Origin: Malacoraja senta
Taxonomy: Eukaryota
Direction: 5' to 3'
NCBI GenBank assembly: GCA_038087875.1
Contig: CM075989.1
Coordinates: forward strand, 11,782,001-11,842,000
Length of the DNA: 60,000 nt
Shown here: one piece after another, positions 1 through 12,000 of the stretch
Numbering within the stretch: the first letter of the stretch is position 1
Layout: each line of letters opens with the position of its first letter
Position numbers and translations under genes: made by a program
Notes under the pieces: model-generated
Seen by the model: the letters and a program-made list of their open reading frames with translations, nothing else
What the model was told of the DNA's origin: nothing
Databases searched by the model: none

Positions 1-304
1 ACTTTTCAATAACTGCTTCGCCCAGTTTTACAATAAAGGTGGAATAGCAACGCGAGTTGATGTTCATTAAGTTTTGTTATCAATGTTTAGAAATATATAT
101 ACAGAGAACAAGTCATGCGACCTGACCCGCAAGTAATCAAGTGTTGAAAAATACCGAAATCAAGTCCTTCCACATCCTCTTTGGTTACCGAAGATAGACA
201 CAAAAAGCTGAAGTAACGGATCATGCAGCATCTCTGGAGAAAAGGAATAGGTGACATTTCGCATCAAGACCCTTTTTCAGTCTTTGGTTACTGTAGATTC
301 ATAC

Positions 305-357
305 CTTTTGGATGTATTCTGTCTATTAGGTCCTTTTCCCCAAAGCATTTTAGCCGT
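305..357 (-). CDS. WDR76: WDR76 coding exon 3 (TAKMLWGKGPNRQNTSK); the gene continues off the left edge of the window
   Basis: Acceptor tcttgtcttacag and donor gtatga; starts in phase 0 matching exon 2; position corresponds to the basic segment following the ENAEFFASL motif. Confidence 0.7.
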
Positions 358-520
358 CTGTAAGACAAGAGAAATACCACAGGTCAGTAGATTATATATT
401 CAAATTCCTACAAGTGAATGGACGAAAGGACAGCACCAAAAATTGGTAAAAGCAACAGTATAGATATTTGGAATTTAAGATGCTTCTATTTTCCCATATA
501 CAATCGACTCCAGGCCACAT

Positions 521-795
521 TAAGTCAAGTCACATTTATTTATATAGCACATTTAAAAAATAACTCTCGTTGGCCAAAGTGCTTTACATTTGTTATAAGA
601 ATAACATAAACAAAACAAACTACATACATATATACATGTAGCCCTCACTCAGAGGATGTCAGGAAAGGCTTGGGAGTATAGCTAAGTTTTTAGTCTTGAC
701 TTAAAAGAGTCGATGGAGGGGGCAGTTCTGATGGGAAAGGGGATGCTGTTCCACAGTCTAGGGGCTGCAACTGCAAAGGCGCGGTCGCCCCCTGA
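521..795 (-). mobile_element. L2-type LINE 3' fragment
   Basis: caagtcacatttatttatatagcac...aagtgctttaca is a typical L2 3' terminus. Confidence 0.55.
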
Positions 796-1236
796 GGCTG
801 AGGATTAGTCTCAACAGACACAACCCTCCCCTGTGCTCGTTACACCCAATGGCACTGCAGTGTTGAAGCTACACCTTGTAGTCATGGATACTGTCATAAA
901 ATCATGGAACTAAACAGAACAGAAACAACTCATTGGCCTATCTTGTTCATGCCGACCAAGTTGGCATACTGTGCTAGTCCCATTTGGTCAAATTTGACCA
1001 TAGATATCTAAACCCTCCCTGTACATATCGCTGTATAAACAGGCAACATTCTTGGGAATGTTTTATGTAGTCTACGAGTTTCAAGACCTCTATCACCTCC
1101 TCCTTTGTAAAGAACCCAGCAATACCAGTTTCCTCCCATAAACTCACAAGCTTTTATGTCCTTTGCCACAATAAATACAGCTGAGCAGTGTTCATTGAAG
1201 ACTTCACCCATTTCTTGCGGCTCCACATTGATCCTT

Positions 1237-1515
1237 AAAGCGCTGTCCTACTGTGTGAGTTCACCCAAGAGTTCTCCCGAGTTTAAAAAAATCAAAACTC
1301 GTGGTAAGCACGTAGAATGAACGTAGCGGGTACGTCGGAGCTCGGGACGTCTCTTAGCTAACGGCAGGTACTCGGGAAACGTGGTAACTCATGAAGATTT
1401 TTCAACATGTTGAAAAATGTCCACGAGTAAAATATACTCAGGATGTAAAAATGTGATACTTTTTAACACGTAGTCATACCGTAGTAGCTCGTGAGTTTAC
1501 TGTAGTAGGACCTGG
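1237..1515. mobile_element. Non-autonomous DNA transposon, probably a Harbinger-type MITE
   Basis: Degenerate inverted ends gtcctact...agtaggac; CpG-rich; internal palindrome atttttcaacatgttgaaaaat. Confidence 0.5.
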
Positions 1516-2219
1516 TGTCCTATATCACTATTGTATGTTCGTCAACTAAGCTGCAAAGATTTTATCTTCAAATTTTCATACAAATCCTTTTTGAAAGTTA
1601 ACACCAAATCTGCAGTGCCCTTTCTGATGCATTAATAAACATGCTTCATGTAACTGCCTCTGGTATCTTTCCCAAGTACCTTAAGGCAATATCTGTTGGT
1701 CTTTGATTTATTAGCCATTAGAAACCGATCTATCCCCACAATCTCTCAGGATTGAAAGAATCTGCTATAAACATTCATTGCTCTGAGGAAAATAACCTCA
1801 GACAATTGGGCTATAGTATGACAAGCCGCTGGAGTTCAGAAACTAGAATTCGACCCATCAAATGGGCAAGTTAAACTCAAATAATTAAATAAATCTGGAC
1901 TTCAAAAACATCTGAGTAGCCAGGAAACCACAAAAAGACACCGATTCACCTATGTCCCCAAAGCAGCTGCCTTTACTGGACCCCAGAGCCATCACGGTGA
2001 TTGAGTCTCAGCAGACTCCCACAATTGCTACAGAATGCCCATGGTAAATAAATGCTGTCCACATCGTGAGCAATTAAATAATCTGCCCATGCCCTACCAC
2101 ATCTAATTTCAGGAAGGCAACTGTTTACCCAATGATAGTTTTTATGTGTAAGCATGAATTTCAAATGTTCATTCTAACAAATGCCTTGAGTTTAAATAAT
2201 TCAACACTGTTGGTAATTG

Positions 2220-4545
2220 GGCTTATTATTGCCCCATGTAACGAGGTACAGTGAAATGCTCTGTTTTGCATGCTGTCCAATCAGATAGTACAATCATGTC
2301 AAACTCAAGTACAATAGGTAGAGGGAAGGGGAAGACAGAGTTCTCAGCACTGTAGCACATCAGTTCCAGAGACAAAGTCCAATGTCCACAATGGGGTAGA
2401 TGTGAATCGGACTGTACCCTAGCTAATAGAAAGACCTTTTAGAAGCCTGATAACAAAGGGAAACAAGTTATTCCTGAGTCCGGTGGTGTGCACTTTCAAG
2501 CTTCTGTACCTTCAGCCACACGGGAGCAGGGAGAATGACGAATGACCCAGAGCGTGACAAACCCTTGATTATGTTGCCTGCTTTTCCGGGACAGCGTGAA
2601 GCGTAGATGGAGTCAATAGTGGAAAGTCTGTGTGGTGGAGTGGGTTACATCTACAACTGTAATTTCTCATGCTCTTTGGCAGATTTATTCCCAAATACAA
2701 ATTGTGATGCAACCTTACGGTTTGCTTCGTACATTTTATCTGTATAAGTTTGTAAGACTCATTGGAGACATGCCAAACTTCCTGTCTACCAAGGAAGTAT
2801 AGGCATTGGTGTGCCTTCTTGGCTGTCACATTAATGTGGCTCAGCCCCACTTGCCCACGAGGACCAATATACAGTGGCTAGCAAAAGTATTCATACCCCT
2901 TGAACTTTTCCACATTTTGTCACGTTACAACCACAAACGTAAATGTATTTTATTGGGATTTTATGTGATAGACCAACACAAAGTGGCGCATAATTGTGAA
3001 GTGGAAGGAAAATGATACATGGTTTTCAAATTTTTTTACAAATAAAAAACTGAAAAGTGTGGCGTGCAAAAGTATTCAGCCCCCTTTACTCTGATACCCC
3101 TAAATAAAATCCAGTGCAACCAATTGCCTTCAGAAGTCACCTAATTAGTAAATAGAGTCCACTTGTGTGTAATCTAATCTCAGTATAAATCCATCATCCG
3201 AAAATGGAAAGAGTATGGCACAACTGCAAACCTACCAAGACATGGCCGTCCACCTAAACTGACAGGTGGAGCATTGATCAGAGAAGCAGCCAAGAGGCCC
3301 ATGGTAACTCTGGAGGAGCTGCAGAGATCCACAGCTCAGGTGGGAGAATCTGTCCACAGGACAACTATTAGTCGTGCACTCCACAAATCGGGCCTTTATG
3401 GAAGAGTGGCAAGAAGAAAGCCATTGTTGAAAAAAAGCCATAAGAAGTCACGTTTGCAGTTTGCCACAAGCCATGTGGGGGACACAGTAAACATGTGGAG
3501 GAAGATGCTCTGGTCAGATGAGACCAAAATTGAAGTTTTTGGCCTAAATGCAAAACGCTATGTGTGGCGGAAAACTAACACTGCACATCACCCTGAACAC
3601 ACCATCCCCACTGTGAAACATGGTGGTGGCAGCATCATGCTGTGGGGATGCTTTTCTTCAGCAGGAACAGGGAAGCTGGTCAGAGTTGATGGGAAGATGG
3701 ATGGAGCCAAATACAGGGCAATCTTGGAAGAAAACCTGTTGGAGTCTGCAAAAGACTTGAGACTGGGGCGGAGGTTCACCTTCCAGCAGGACAACGACCC
3801 TAAACATACAGCCAGAGCTACAATGGAATGGTTTAGATCAAAGCATATTCATGTGTTAGAATGGCCCAGTCAAAGTCCAGACCTAAATCCAATTGATAAT
3901 CTCTGGCAAGACTTGAAAATTGCTGTTCACAGACGCTCTCCATCCAATCTGACTGAGCTTGAGCTATTTTGCAAAGAAGAATGGGCAAAAATTTCCGTCT
4001 CTAGATGTGCAAAGCTGGTACAGACATACCCCAAAAGACTTGCAGCTGTAATTGCAGTGAAAGGTGGTTCTACAAAGTATTGACTCAGGGGGGCTGAATA
4101 CTTTTGCACACCACACTTTTCAGTTTTTTATTTGTAAAAAAAATTTGAAAACCATGTATCATTTTCCTTCCACTTCACAATTATGCACCACTTTGTGTTG
4201 GTCTATCACATAAAATCCCAATAAAATACATTTACGTTTGTGGTTGTAACGTGACAAAATGTGGAAAAGTTCAAGGGGTATGAAAACTTTTGCAAGCCAC
4301 TGTATGTCCCATCTACATTAGTCCCACCTGCATGCATTTGGTCCATATCCCTCCCTGACCAATCCTTGGTGCTATCAACACCACAGAACTTGAAACTTGC
4401 AACCATTTTGGCACCTTGTATGATGCTGATCGGGGTAGGTAATCCACCAGGCTTCCTGAAGTCAATAACTAACTCCTTCATCTTACTGACATTGAGGGAG
4501 GTTGTTGTCCATCATGTTATTAAGTTCTCTATCTCCTTCCTGTAG
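2220..4545 (-). mobile_element. Decayed Rex1/Babar-like LINE (2220-2845 and 4345-4545), interrupted by a CR1/SINE tail that contains the Tc1
   Basis: Peptide remnants KELVIDFRK, VASFKF.GV, AKKAHQ.LYFL. Confidence 0.7.
2872..4302 (+). mobile_element. Tc1-family transposon with ~210-bp TIRs and an internal deletion of the transposase 5' end
   Basis: TA TSD at 2870-2871 and 4303-4304; TIR CAGTGGCT(A/T)GCAAAAGT; transposase ORF 3274-4083 with [14 protein letters not shown] and SPDLNPI. Confidence 0.96.
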
Positions 4546-4551
4546 ACTTAC

Positions 4552-4647
4552 CTCCAGCAAGTTTAATGATGCAAAGAACTCAGCATTTTCCTGAATGTTT
4601 TTCAATCGCTTTTTTTCGTAGACTGACAACTCCTCAGACTGGTTAAA
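4552..4647 (-). CDS. WDR76: WDR76 coding exon 2 (FNQSEELSVYEKKRLKNIQENAEFFASLNLLE)
   Basis: 96 nt, acceptor ttcttaatag, donor gtaag; peptide matches the conserved N-terminal motif of WDR76/Cmr1 (YERKRLKNI.ENA.FFASL). Confidence 0.9.
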
Positions 4648-4945
4648 CTATTAAGAAAAATAAAAATTCAAAGGCTTCAGATATTATCATATAGTGAACA
4701 GATGACTGCATTCCTTTTAATGTACTCTCATCCTTCAATGCAGTCTTTTGCCTCCAACTCTGCAACTTAACTCTAACTGCTCCAACACCAGAGCCCACCA
4801 TCATCCAGCCTCCTCTGAACCGAAATGCACCCAAATCACAACCCACCTATGGCACCCAAATGTATCCTGACTCACTGTCCTACACCCAAACACTCACATC
4901 CCCCTTACCCCTCGCTTCACATTTTACACCCCTCAAGCTCCTCAC

Positions 4946-5161
4946 CGCTACTCGCTCATCCCCGGTGCTATCGCCATCAGAGTCGTCGGCCGCCGTGGCC
5001 CCGGACTGGGCCGCAAGCTGCCGTCCACTCGCGTTGCCCTGCACCGGGCGTCTGGGCCTCTTGGCCAGCCGTTCATTGCCCGCTGCTTCGGGAGCGCCGA
5101 CCGCGGGCAGACGCTTGAGGCTCTCCCGCCGGACAGAGAGCCTGGTGCCGGCCGCCTTCAT
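4946..5161 (-). CDS. WDR76: WDR76 first coding exon (MKAAGTRLSVRRESLKRLP...DSTGDERVA)
   Basis: 72 codons in a CpG island ending at GCG|gtgag, phase 0 into exon 2; basic KRPRR segment. The ATG is preceded by cag, so an upstream exon is possible. Confidence 0.75.
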
Positions 5162-5241
5162 CTGGTATCGGGGGGACGGGACAGCGGCGAGAATCAGTCC
5201 TGGATCAACTCAGGAGTGGAGGAAACGTCCTCTTCCCCTCC

Positions 5242-5274
5242 CAAAAGATACTAGAGGAACCTCAAGCGTCTTTG
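5242..5274. mobile_element. Degenerate copy of the same CAAAGATACTA micro-element
   Basis: caaaagatactagaggaacctcaagcgtctttg; ctcttccc present at 5230-5237 and 5275-5282. Confidence 0.55.
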
Positions 5275-5329
5275 CTCTTCCCTGCGATCTTATGAAAGCG
5301 CAGATTGTATAACAGTCATGGAGTCCGTC

Positions 5330-5465
5330 CCCGCCCACAGTCCGCCCTCCTCCCATCTCCCGCGCGCTCCCGGGCGGTTGAATCTCCGCGCCATTTCCCC
5401 CAGTGGTTTTGAAAGAGCGTATTCACAGCCGCCATCTTCCAACGCGCGCACAACCGGAAACAACA
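5330..5465 (-). promoter_or_regulatory. WDR76 CpG-island promoter with E2F-like, CHR-like, YY1 and ETS motifs
   Basis: tcccgcgc and ccgcgcca (5359-5393), tttgaa (5408-5413), gccgccatctt (YY1 type), ccggaa. Confidence 0.55.
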
Positions 5466-5479
5466 TCAACCCTCTGCAC

Positions 5480-5499
5480 CAAAGGCTCTCGTATCTTTG
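5480..5499. mobile_element. 20-bp hAT-like micro-element with a perfect 8-bp TSD
   Basis: ctctgcac [caaaggctctcgtatctttg] ctctgcac. Confidence 0.7.
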
Positions 5500-5537
5500 C
5501 TCTGCACCGAGTCATCATGGTTCGATTATTGAACTCT

Positions 5538-5730
5538 CTAGTTTAGTTTATTGTCACGTGTACTGAAGTACAACGAAAAGCTTTTGTTGCGTGCTAACCA
5601 GTCAGCATAAAGACAATCCATGATTACAATCGAGCCATTCACATGATAAGGGAATAACATTTAGTGCAAGATAAAGCCAGCAAAGTCCGATCAAACAGTC
5701 CGAGGGTCTCCAATGAGGTAGATAGCAGTT
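5538..5730 (-). mobile_element. Rex1/Babar-like LINE 3' end
   Basis: tttagtttattgtcacgtgtac...aaaagcttttgttgcgtgct, similar to the other copies in the window. Confidence 0.55.
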
Positions 5731-6182
5731 CAGGATCTGGATCTGAAGAAGGGTCTCCACCAGAGATGCTGCCTGTCCCGCTGAGGTACTCCAGCATTTT
5801 GTGTCTACCAGCAGTTCAGCACTGTTCTCTAATAAGCGAGTTTGGTATTTCAACTGCGCATGCCCAGGTCATAGGTCACTATCCAGCTGAGCTGCTGCAT
5901 ACATAAAGACCTGCATTTCATCCTAGTCAGGATCAAATGGTCTCCTGCGCTGCAAGCGCTGTTAAATTGCAACTGGACCGTCCCCGTCCCCTCCCGAGTG
6001 TCCCTTCCCTGTCTGGGGGTGTCCGGAGATGTTCGGGGTGACCCTGAACTGATGGGACAGCGGCCCGGAGCAGTGACAGCCCCAGGCTTACAGCCAGCGC
6101 GGAGAAGAAGTGCTAACTCCAGGTCAACTCTGCCTGTCCCACCGGGTTAACTGACAGCCCTGGGACATTTCGGAATATCAAA

Positions 6183-6630
6183 CTCACTTATTGTGGTTCA
6201 GTTGCCTGATCACAGCTGGCAATAAACTGCCTTTGAATCTGGAGGTGTGCGTTTTCACACTTTTACACCTTTTGCCTGATGGGAGAGCAAAGTGGGAGTG
6301 GCCATGGTGTGACTGTCCTTGCTTATACTGATGTCTTTTCGAGGCTACATGAATGGAGTCAATGGAAGGGAGGTATGTTTGTGAGATATGTCCACAATTC
6401 GCTGCAATTTCTTGCAGTCTTGGATGGAACTTTTCCCAAACCAAGCTGTGATGCATCCCAATAAAATTCTTTAACAGTGCTTCTGTATAAGTTAGTGAGA
6501 GTTGTTGGGGACATGCCAAACTTCTTAAGCCATCTAAGGAAGAGGCATTGGTGTGCTTTCTTGGCCATTGTTTCAGTATGGGTAGTCTAGGAGAAGCTGA
6601 TGGTGATATTTACTCCTATGAATTTGAAAC
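6183..6630 (-). mobile_element. Rex1/Babar-like LINE fragment
   Basis: AKKAHQCLFLRWLKKFGMSPTTLTNLYR; LPSGKR...RFKGS..PAVIRQLN. Confidence 0.75.
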
Positions 6631-7129
6631 CATAAGAAACTCAACTCTGTAGGTTTTCTATTCTCTTAACAAACAACCATTCTTCATCGCACTTTCTCCC
6701 ACATCATTTTGCTGTCATGGAGATAGTTACATTCTGCTTGTAAATCTGATTTATGGCTAATTTATTCTGTACTTCCTCAACATGGCCTCTAAATTCCCCA
6801 GCAGTGCTGAAGATTGCACTTCTGGTAAGAAGGCACAGCAAGCTATAACTATGAATACTAAGATGAATATAATTATTATCAATTTATTAACGGAAATTAA
6901 AAACAGAAGAACGTCTGGTGTATTTTAGTCACTCATTAAATCTTGCAGCATCAACAAAACTATGCTTTATAGTATGGACAAAACAAAATTAAGTATTAGC
7001 TCTGGAAGTGTATTACATTTGTCTCGTGGGAGACACAGCAAATACCGTGGGTGCAGATTTTCCCAAAGAACTAACTACTCATCAAGGAAGACAGTTACTC
7101 AGTTAATCAAGCATTTAACAAATCTGTCT

Positions 7130-7345
7130 CAATGTTTCAGAAAAAGATGCCTTCAAGATGTTCATCTTGAGGGATCAGAAATCACTTCCAGGCTTCAAGG
7201 GACCCAACGGCCACCTTACTCATCAAATTAGTAGTGTCCTCACCTCCAAGTTGACAAATGAGGCAAGATTTGATGAAGTGATATGGAAGAGTTATTGGAA
7301 GCTCACTCTGAAGAACTCACAAAGGAGAATCTTTCAGAGATTACA
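7130..7345 (+). pseudogene. Possible decayed Tigger/pogo transposase remnant
   Basis: From 7280 the frame reads DMEELLEAHSEELTKENLSE, resembling the C-terminal region of Tigger transposases. Confidence 0.3.
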
Positions 7346-8907
7346 CATCCATTCATCTGAATTTCATATGTTTAATTTATAAATAGATGGAAATGATATG
7401 TTTTTACTGTAGCTCTACTTAAATGTTAATAAAGTGACATTTTATCAATTCAGATAACTTTATTGATGTGCACATATGTTTAGGTAACTTTAACTGAAAT
7501 TCTTCAGGACTGGAAGTTAACCAGAATTTTTTTCCTCTTAAATTCAGTTCAAACAAAACATTTTCCAGGAATGCATTCCTTTCATGAATAAATGAATCCT
7601 TGTATTCAAGTCTTTCTTTTATGGAAAAAGTTTCTATAGCATAAATACACATGTAAATATCCCAATCATAGTTTTAAAAATGTCCAGTCATTTGTTAGTA
7701 AATCTAGTTTCCTACAAAGACTCACTGTGAATGTAACTTAATTATTTTGAATGTTGGATTTGTAAAAAAAATGTATGCAAATTATTGCACGGCAATGTAT
7801 TAAATCAAACAGAACCAGATTCCATAGTAACCTACCTCCACTCTGAAAAACAAGTTCATTGCAACTTTATTTTGCCACTAAGCCATTTAGTTAGCCACAC
7901 TGCCTTTTAATCGATAGCTTCAACCTTGCTGACTTGCACTTTATCTGGTATTTTATGAGGTGGATTTCAATTGACCTGACATATTCTCACTGATGAGAGA
8001 AATAAAACCCAACTTATTGGTGGAAGAACTCAGTTGGTCAGGCAGCATCTGTGGGGGGAATGGACAAATAAGGTTTCATGTCAGGACCCTTTTTCAATCA
8101 GAAGGGTCCCAACAAGTTCCTTCAGCACTTTGTTTTTTGCTCAAGATTCCAGCATTTTGTGTGTCCACTCTCATTGGCGGTCTCTTCCACTTAGGAACAC
8201 CAGGTCTAACCTAGAATTTAATGACCTTAGTGCTGTAATGAATCTTTGAATCAACACCATTCTAAAGGAACTGCCTGACAAAACGCAATTATATAGTTAA
8301 AGTCTAGCTTCACTCTTCTGTAAATGCAAATTCCTTTCAAACATGACGAGTAAAATTTCTAATCCTTTATTGGACCTTGCGTATTCTATAACAATTCAAT
8401 AAATGTTTCGCGTTTTACCATAATACAACTTTTTTTTGTTTTTGTTTGTTTGTTTAAAAAAATATATATATATTAGAAGTATTTTACATTACAGTAATCT
8501 GCAATAACGTAAATTTATACAGTTCTTGTACCACTTCTGTTTTTCAACATTAATAGAAAAAAAGGATAGAAAGAGCTAGCAAAGAGTCAGTGAGTGAATG
8601 AAAAAGTGGTCCAGGAACACACATGTGAACCTAAAACACAAGAAGTAGTTAAAGAAGAAAAGAAAAAAAGAGAAAAAAGAAAATAAGATAGGACAATATG
8701 AAAGGGATGTACCTACTTCTTATCTTTACTCACCCCTCGCCAGGTCCTAAAACCATTTATTATCAACATTTTGTTGCACCCTATGTTTGTAATAGGTCGA
8801 TATATGGAGACCAAATCTTTTGGAATTGGTCTTGTTTACCTGCTAGGAGGAATCTCATATCTTCTAGATGTAACAATTCCGACATATTAGAAGTCCACAT
8901 TTTTATT

Positions 8908-9004
8908 TGTCTGAAGAAGGGTTTCGGCCCGAAACGTTACCTATTTCCTTCGCTCCATAGATGCCGCTGCACCCGCTGAGTTTCTCCAGCATTTTTGTGT
9001 ACCT
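8908..9004 (+). mobile_element. Penelope-derived short element with a hammerhead motif, inserted in L1 ORF2
   Basis: 14-bp TSD tccacatttttatt (8894-8907 and 9005-9018); ctgaagaagggtttcggcccgaaacgtt. Confidence 0.8.
8911..8938 (+). ncRNA. Minimal hammerhead ribozyme motif
   Basis: CUGAAGA, stem II GGGU-UUCG-GCCC, GAAAC-GUU; activity untested. Confidence 0.6.
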
Positions 9005-12000
9005 TCCACATTTTTATTGTTGGCGTAGGAGCATTTTTCCAAAATTTCAGTATCAGTTTTTTTGCCGTTATTAAGCCATAACTAAGAAAACTCCTTTGAA
9101 ACGCAGTCAGCTCCAAACTTGCTTCTATTGTTCCAAAAATAATCAATTCTGCATTCGGTTTCAGTTTTATTTTAAATAATTTAGTGAAAATTTCAAAAAT
9201 TTAATTCCAAAATTTTTGGATTTTTATACAAAATACAAAAGAATGTGCTATAGTTGATTCTTGGACTAGGTATTTATCACAGTTAGCAGAGGTATAATCT
9301 ATGTAAAATTTTAAATTGAATCAATGTCTTACGTTAATCGGACATTTATGCACATATAATAGATGTTTATCCCAGCTCTCTTTCGAGATTTTTATAGCTA
9401 GTTCCTGTTCCCATTCTCTTCTAATCCCATCCGATGATGGAATTTCTATATTTAAAATGGAATTATATAGGTATGATATTAAATTAGCTGATTCCGCTTT
9501 TATATTCATTATCCCATCTAATAGGTCAGGAGACATATTTTGATATTCTCGTGTATACTTTTTCAAATAGTCACGTAGTTGAAAATATTTGAAATATTGA
9601 TTACTATTCAAGTTGTATTTAAGTTGTAATTGGTGAAATGTTAAAAAACTTCCATTATCATACATATCTCCAAACGTTTTAATTCCTACTCTTTCCCAAT
9701 TTATAAAAGCTCTATCTATCATAGAAGGTTTAAATGAAGGGTTATTCATTATAGGTGAAAGAAGTGATAGATTTCTTAATTTTAACGTTAATTTTATTTG
9801 TTTCCAAATTCTAATTGTACTATGAATAATTGGATTTTTACTATATATTGTATTCTTCATTTTTGTTGGTGAGAGAAGGATCGCTCCTATGTTAAAAGGG
9901 GAACAGTCCTCTCTCTCCATTACTATCCAATCCACCTGCTGGGCCGAATTGTCCAACAGGTGAATCATATTTTTGACATTTGTGGCCCAATAATAATATA
10001 AAAAATTGGGGAGTGATAATCCACCAAATTCCTTAGGTTTACACAAATGGATTCTGTGGGATTTATAGTCCCATATAAAATTTGTAATATCAGCATCCAA
10101 TTTTGCAAAAAATTTGGGGGGTAAGTATATCGGTATTGACTGGAATAGATATAAAATTTGTGGTAAAAAAGATAATTTTTATAGCATTTATTTGGCCTAT
10201 AAGAGACATCGGGAGGGTTTTCCAGAATTTAATCAGTGTGTTTAGTTTATTGAGTAAGGGCATATAGTTTGCATTAAATAGAGATTTATATTTTCTAGTA
10301 ATTTCAATTCCCAAATATTTAAATTTTTCTGAAGCGATTTTAAAAGGGAATTTTAACAGGTGTGTCGATTCTTGAGGTTTAATCGTCATAATATCACTTT
10401 TATTTCAATTTATTCTATATCCTGAAAAGGATCCAAATTCCTCAATTAAATTTAATATATTTGGTATACTAGTTTGTGATTTTGTAATATATAGTAGTAC
10501 ATCATCTGCATATAAAGATATCTTATTATTTGAATATTTTGTATTGTACCCATGAATATTCGGATGTATCCTAATACTTTCCGCTAACGGTTCTATTACA
10601 AGAGCAAATAGCAGAGGTGATAATGAACACCCCTGTCTATTTCCCCTTGATAACTGAAATTTCGAGGACAAAATATTATTAGTTAATATTCTGGCCGTAG
10701 GCCTATCATATAATAATTTTACCCAAGCGATAAAATTCTCTCCCACTTGAAATTTTTGCAATACTTTAACCATATAATCCCATTCCACTTGATCAAATGC
10801 TTTTTCTGCGTCCAGTGAAATAATTGATAAGTCTTGCTCTTCGGTTTTATGTGAGTGCATTATATTAAACAGACGTCTCAGGTTATTGCTTGAGTATCTC
10901 TTGGGTATAAACCCTGTTTGATCCGGATTTATTAATTTACTAACATAGTTACTTAGCCTTCTAGCTAATGTTTTCGCTAATATTTTTTTATCTGTATTTA
11001 ACAGCGCAATAGCTCTATAAGAACCCGGATCTTCTGAATCTTTACCTTTTTTAGGTATAAGTGTAATCGTTGACTCCGCCAATGTTTCTGGAAGTGTATG
11101 TTTTTTAAAAGCATATGTATAAATTTTATGTAGTCGTGGTGTAATTATCTCGTAAAATCTTTTATAAAATTCATTACTAAAACCATCTGGTCCTGGAGTT
11201 TTTCCATTCTTTAATGTATTTATTGTTTCTTCTATTTCCTTAGTTGAGACTTGTGCACCTAATTCCTCTTGTTCACTCACATTGAGTTTTGGGAGATTAC
11301 AATTATCCAGGAACTCTCTAACTTTGGTACTATCTGCTACCGCTTTAGATGTATATAAATTTTGATAAAATTGAGCAAATCTTTTATTAATATCCTTAGG
11401 TAGTGTTAACAATTCCCCTTTATCTGATTTAATCTTTAAAATCGTGTGGTCCTTTTCCCGTTTTTTCAGTTGTCGAGCCAGAAGCTTGTGTGGTTTATCC
11501 CCAAATTCAAAATTTTCCTGTTTTGTGATTTGAAATAATCTAATAACATTTGCTGATAATATTTTGTATAATTTAAATTTCATTATTGTTATTTTATTAT
11601 GTGTCTATAGTAGGCTCTTTAGCATTATCTAATTCCAATTCTCTAATTCGTTCTTCTAACTGCCTTTGTTCTTTCTTATTCCTTTTATTTAAAAAAGCTT
11701 GGTATGAGATTATAGATCCTCCAATAACTGCTTTGAATGATTCCCATAGTAGAACTGGTGAGGTATCTGGGATGTCATTATTCTTTAAAAAAAGTTCCAT
11801 CTGTTGTTTTAAATATATTTCCCCTCGTGGGTCATTTAAGATTTGAGGATTAAACCTCCAAAACGATATATTAGAAGGCATTCCTTCTAATTTAAAAAAA
11901 AAAGTTAACGGGGAGTGATCAGAAATTATACTATTGTGATATTTTGGATTCATTGTATAGTGAATTCGTTTTGTATCCACTAAGAAATAGTCGATACGTG

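Noticed and set aside
4860..5312. 150-aa plus-strand ORF
   Set aside because: Antisense shadow of the GC-rich WDR76 first exon
5460..8400. Divergent gene such as MFAP1 sharing the WDR76 promoter
   Set aside because: No recognisable coding exons; the interval is LINE, Penelope and AT-rich sequence
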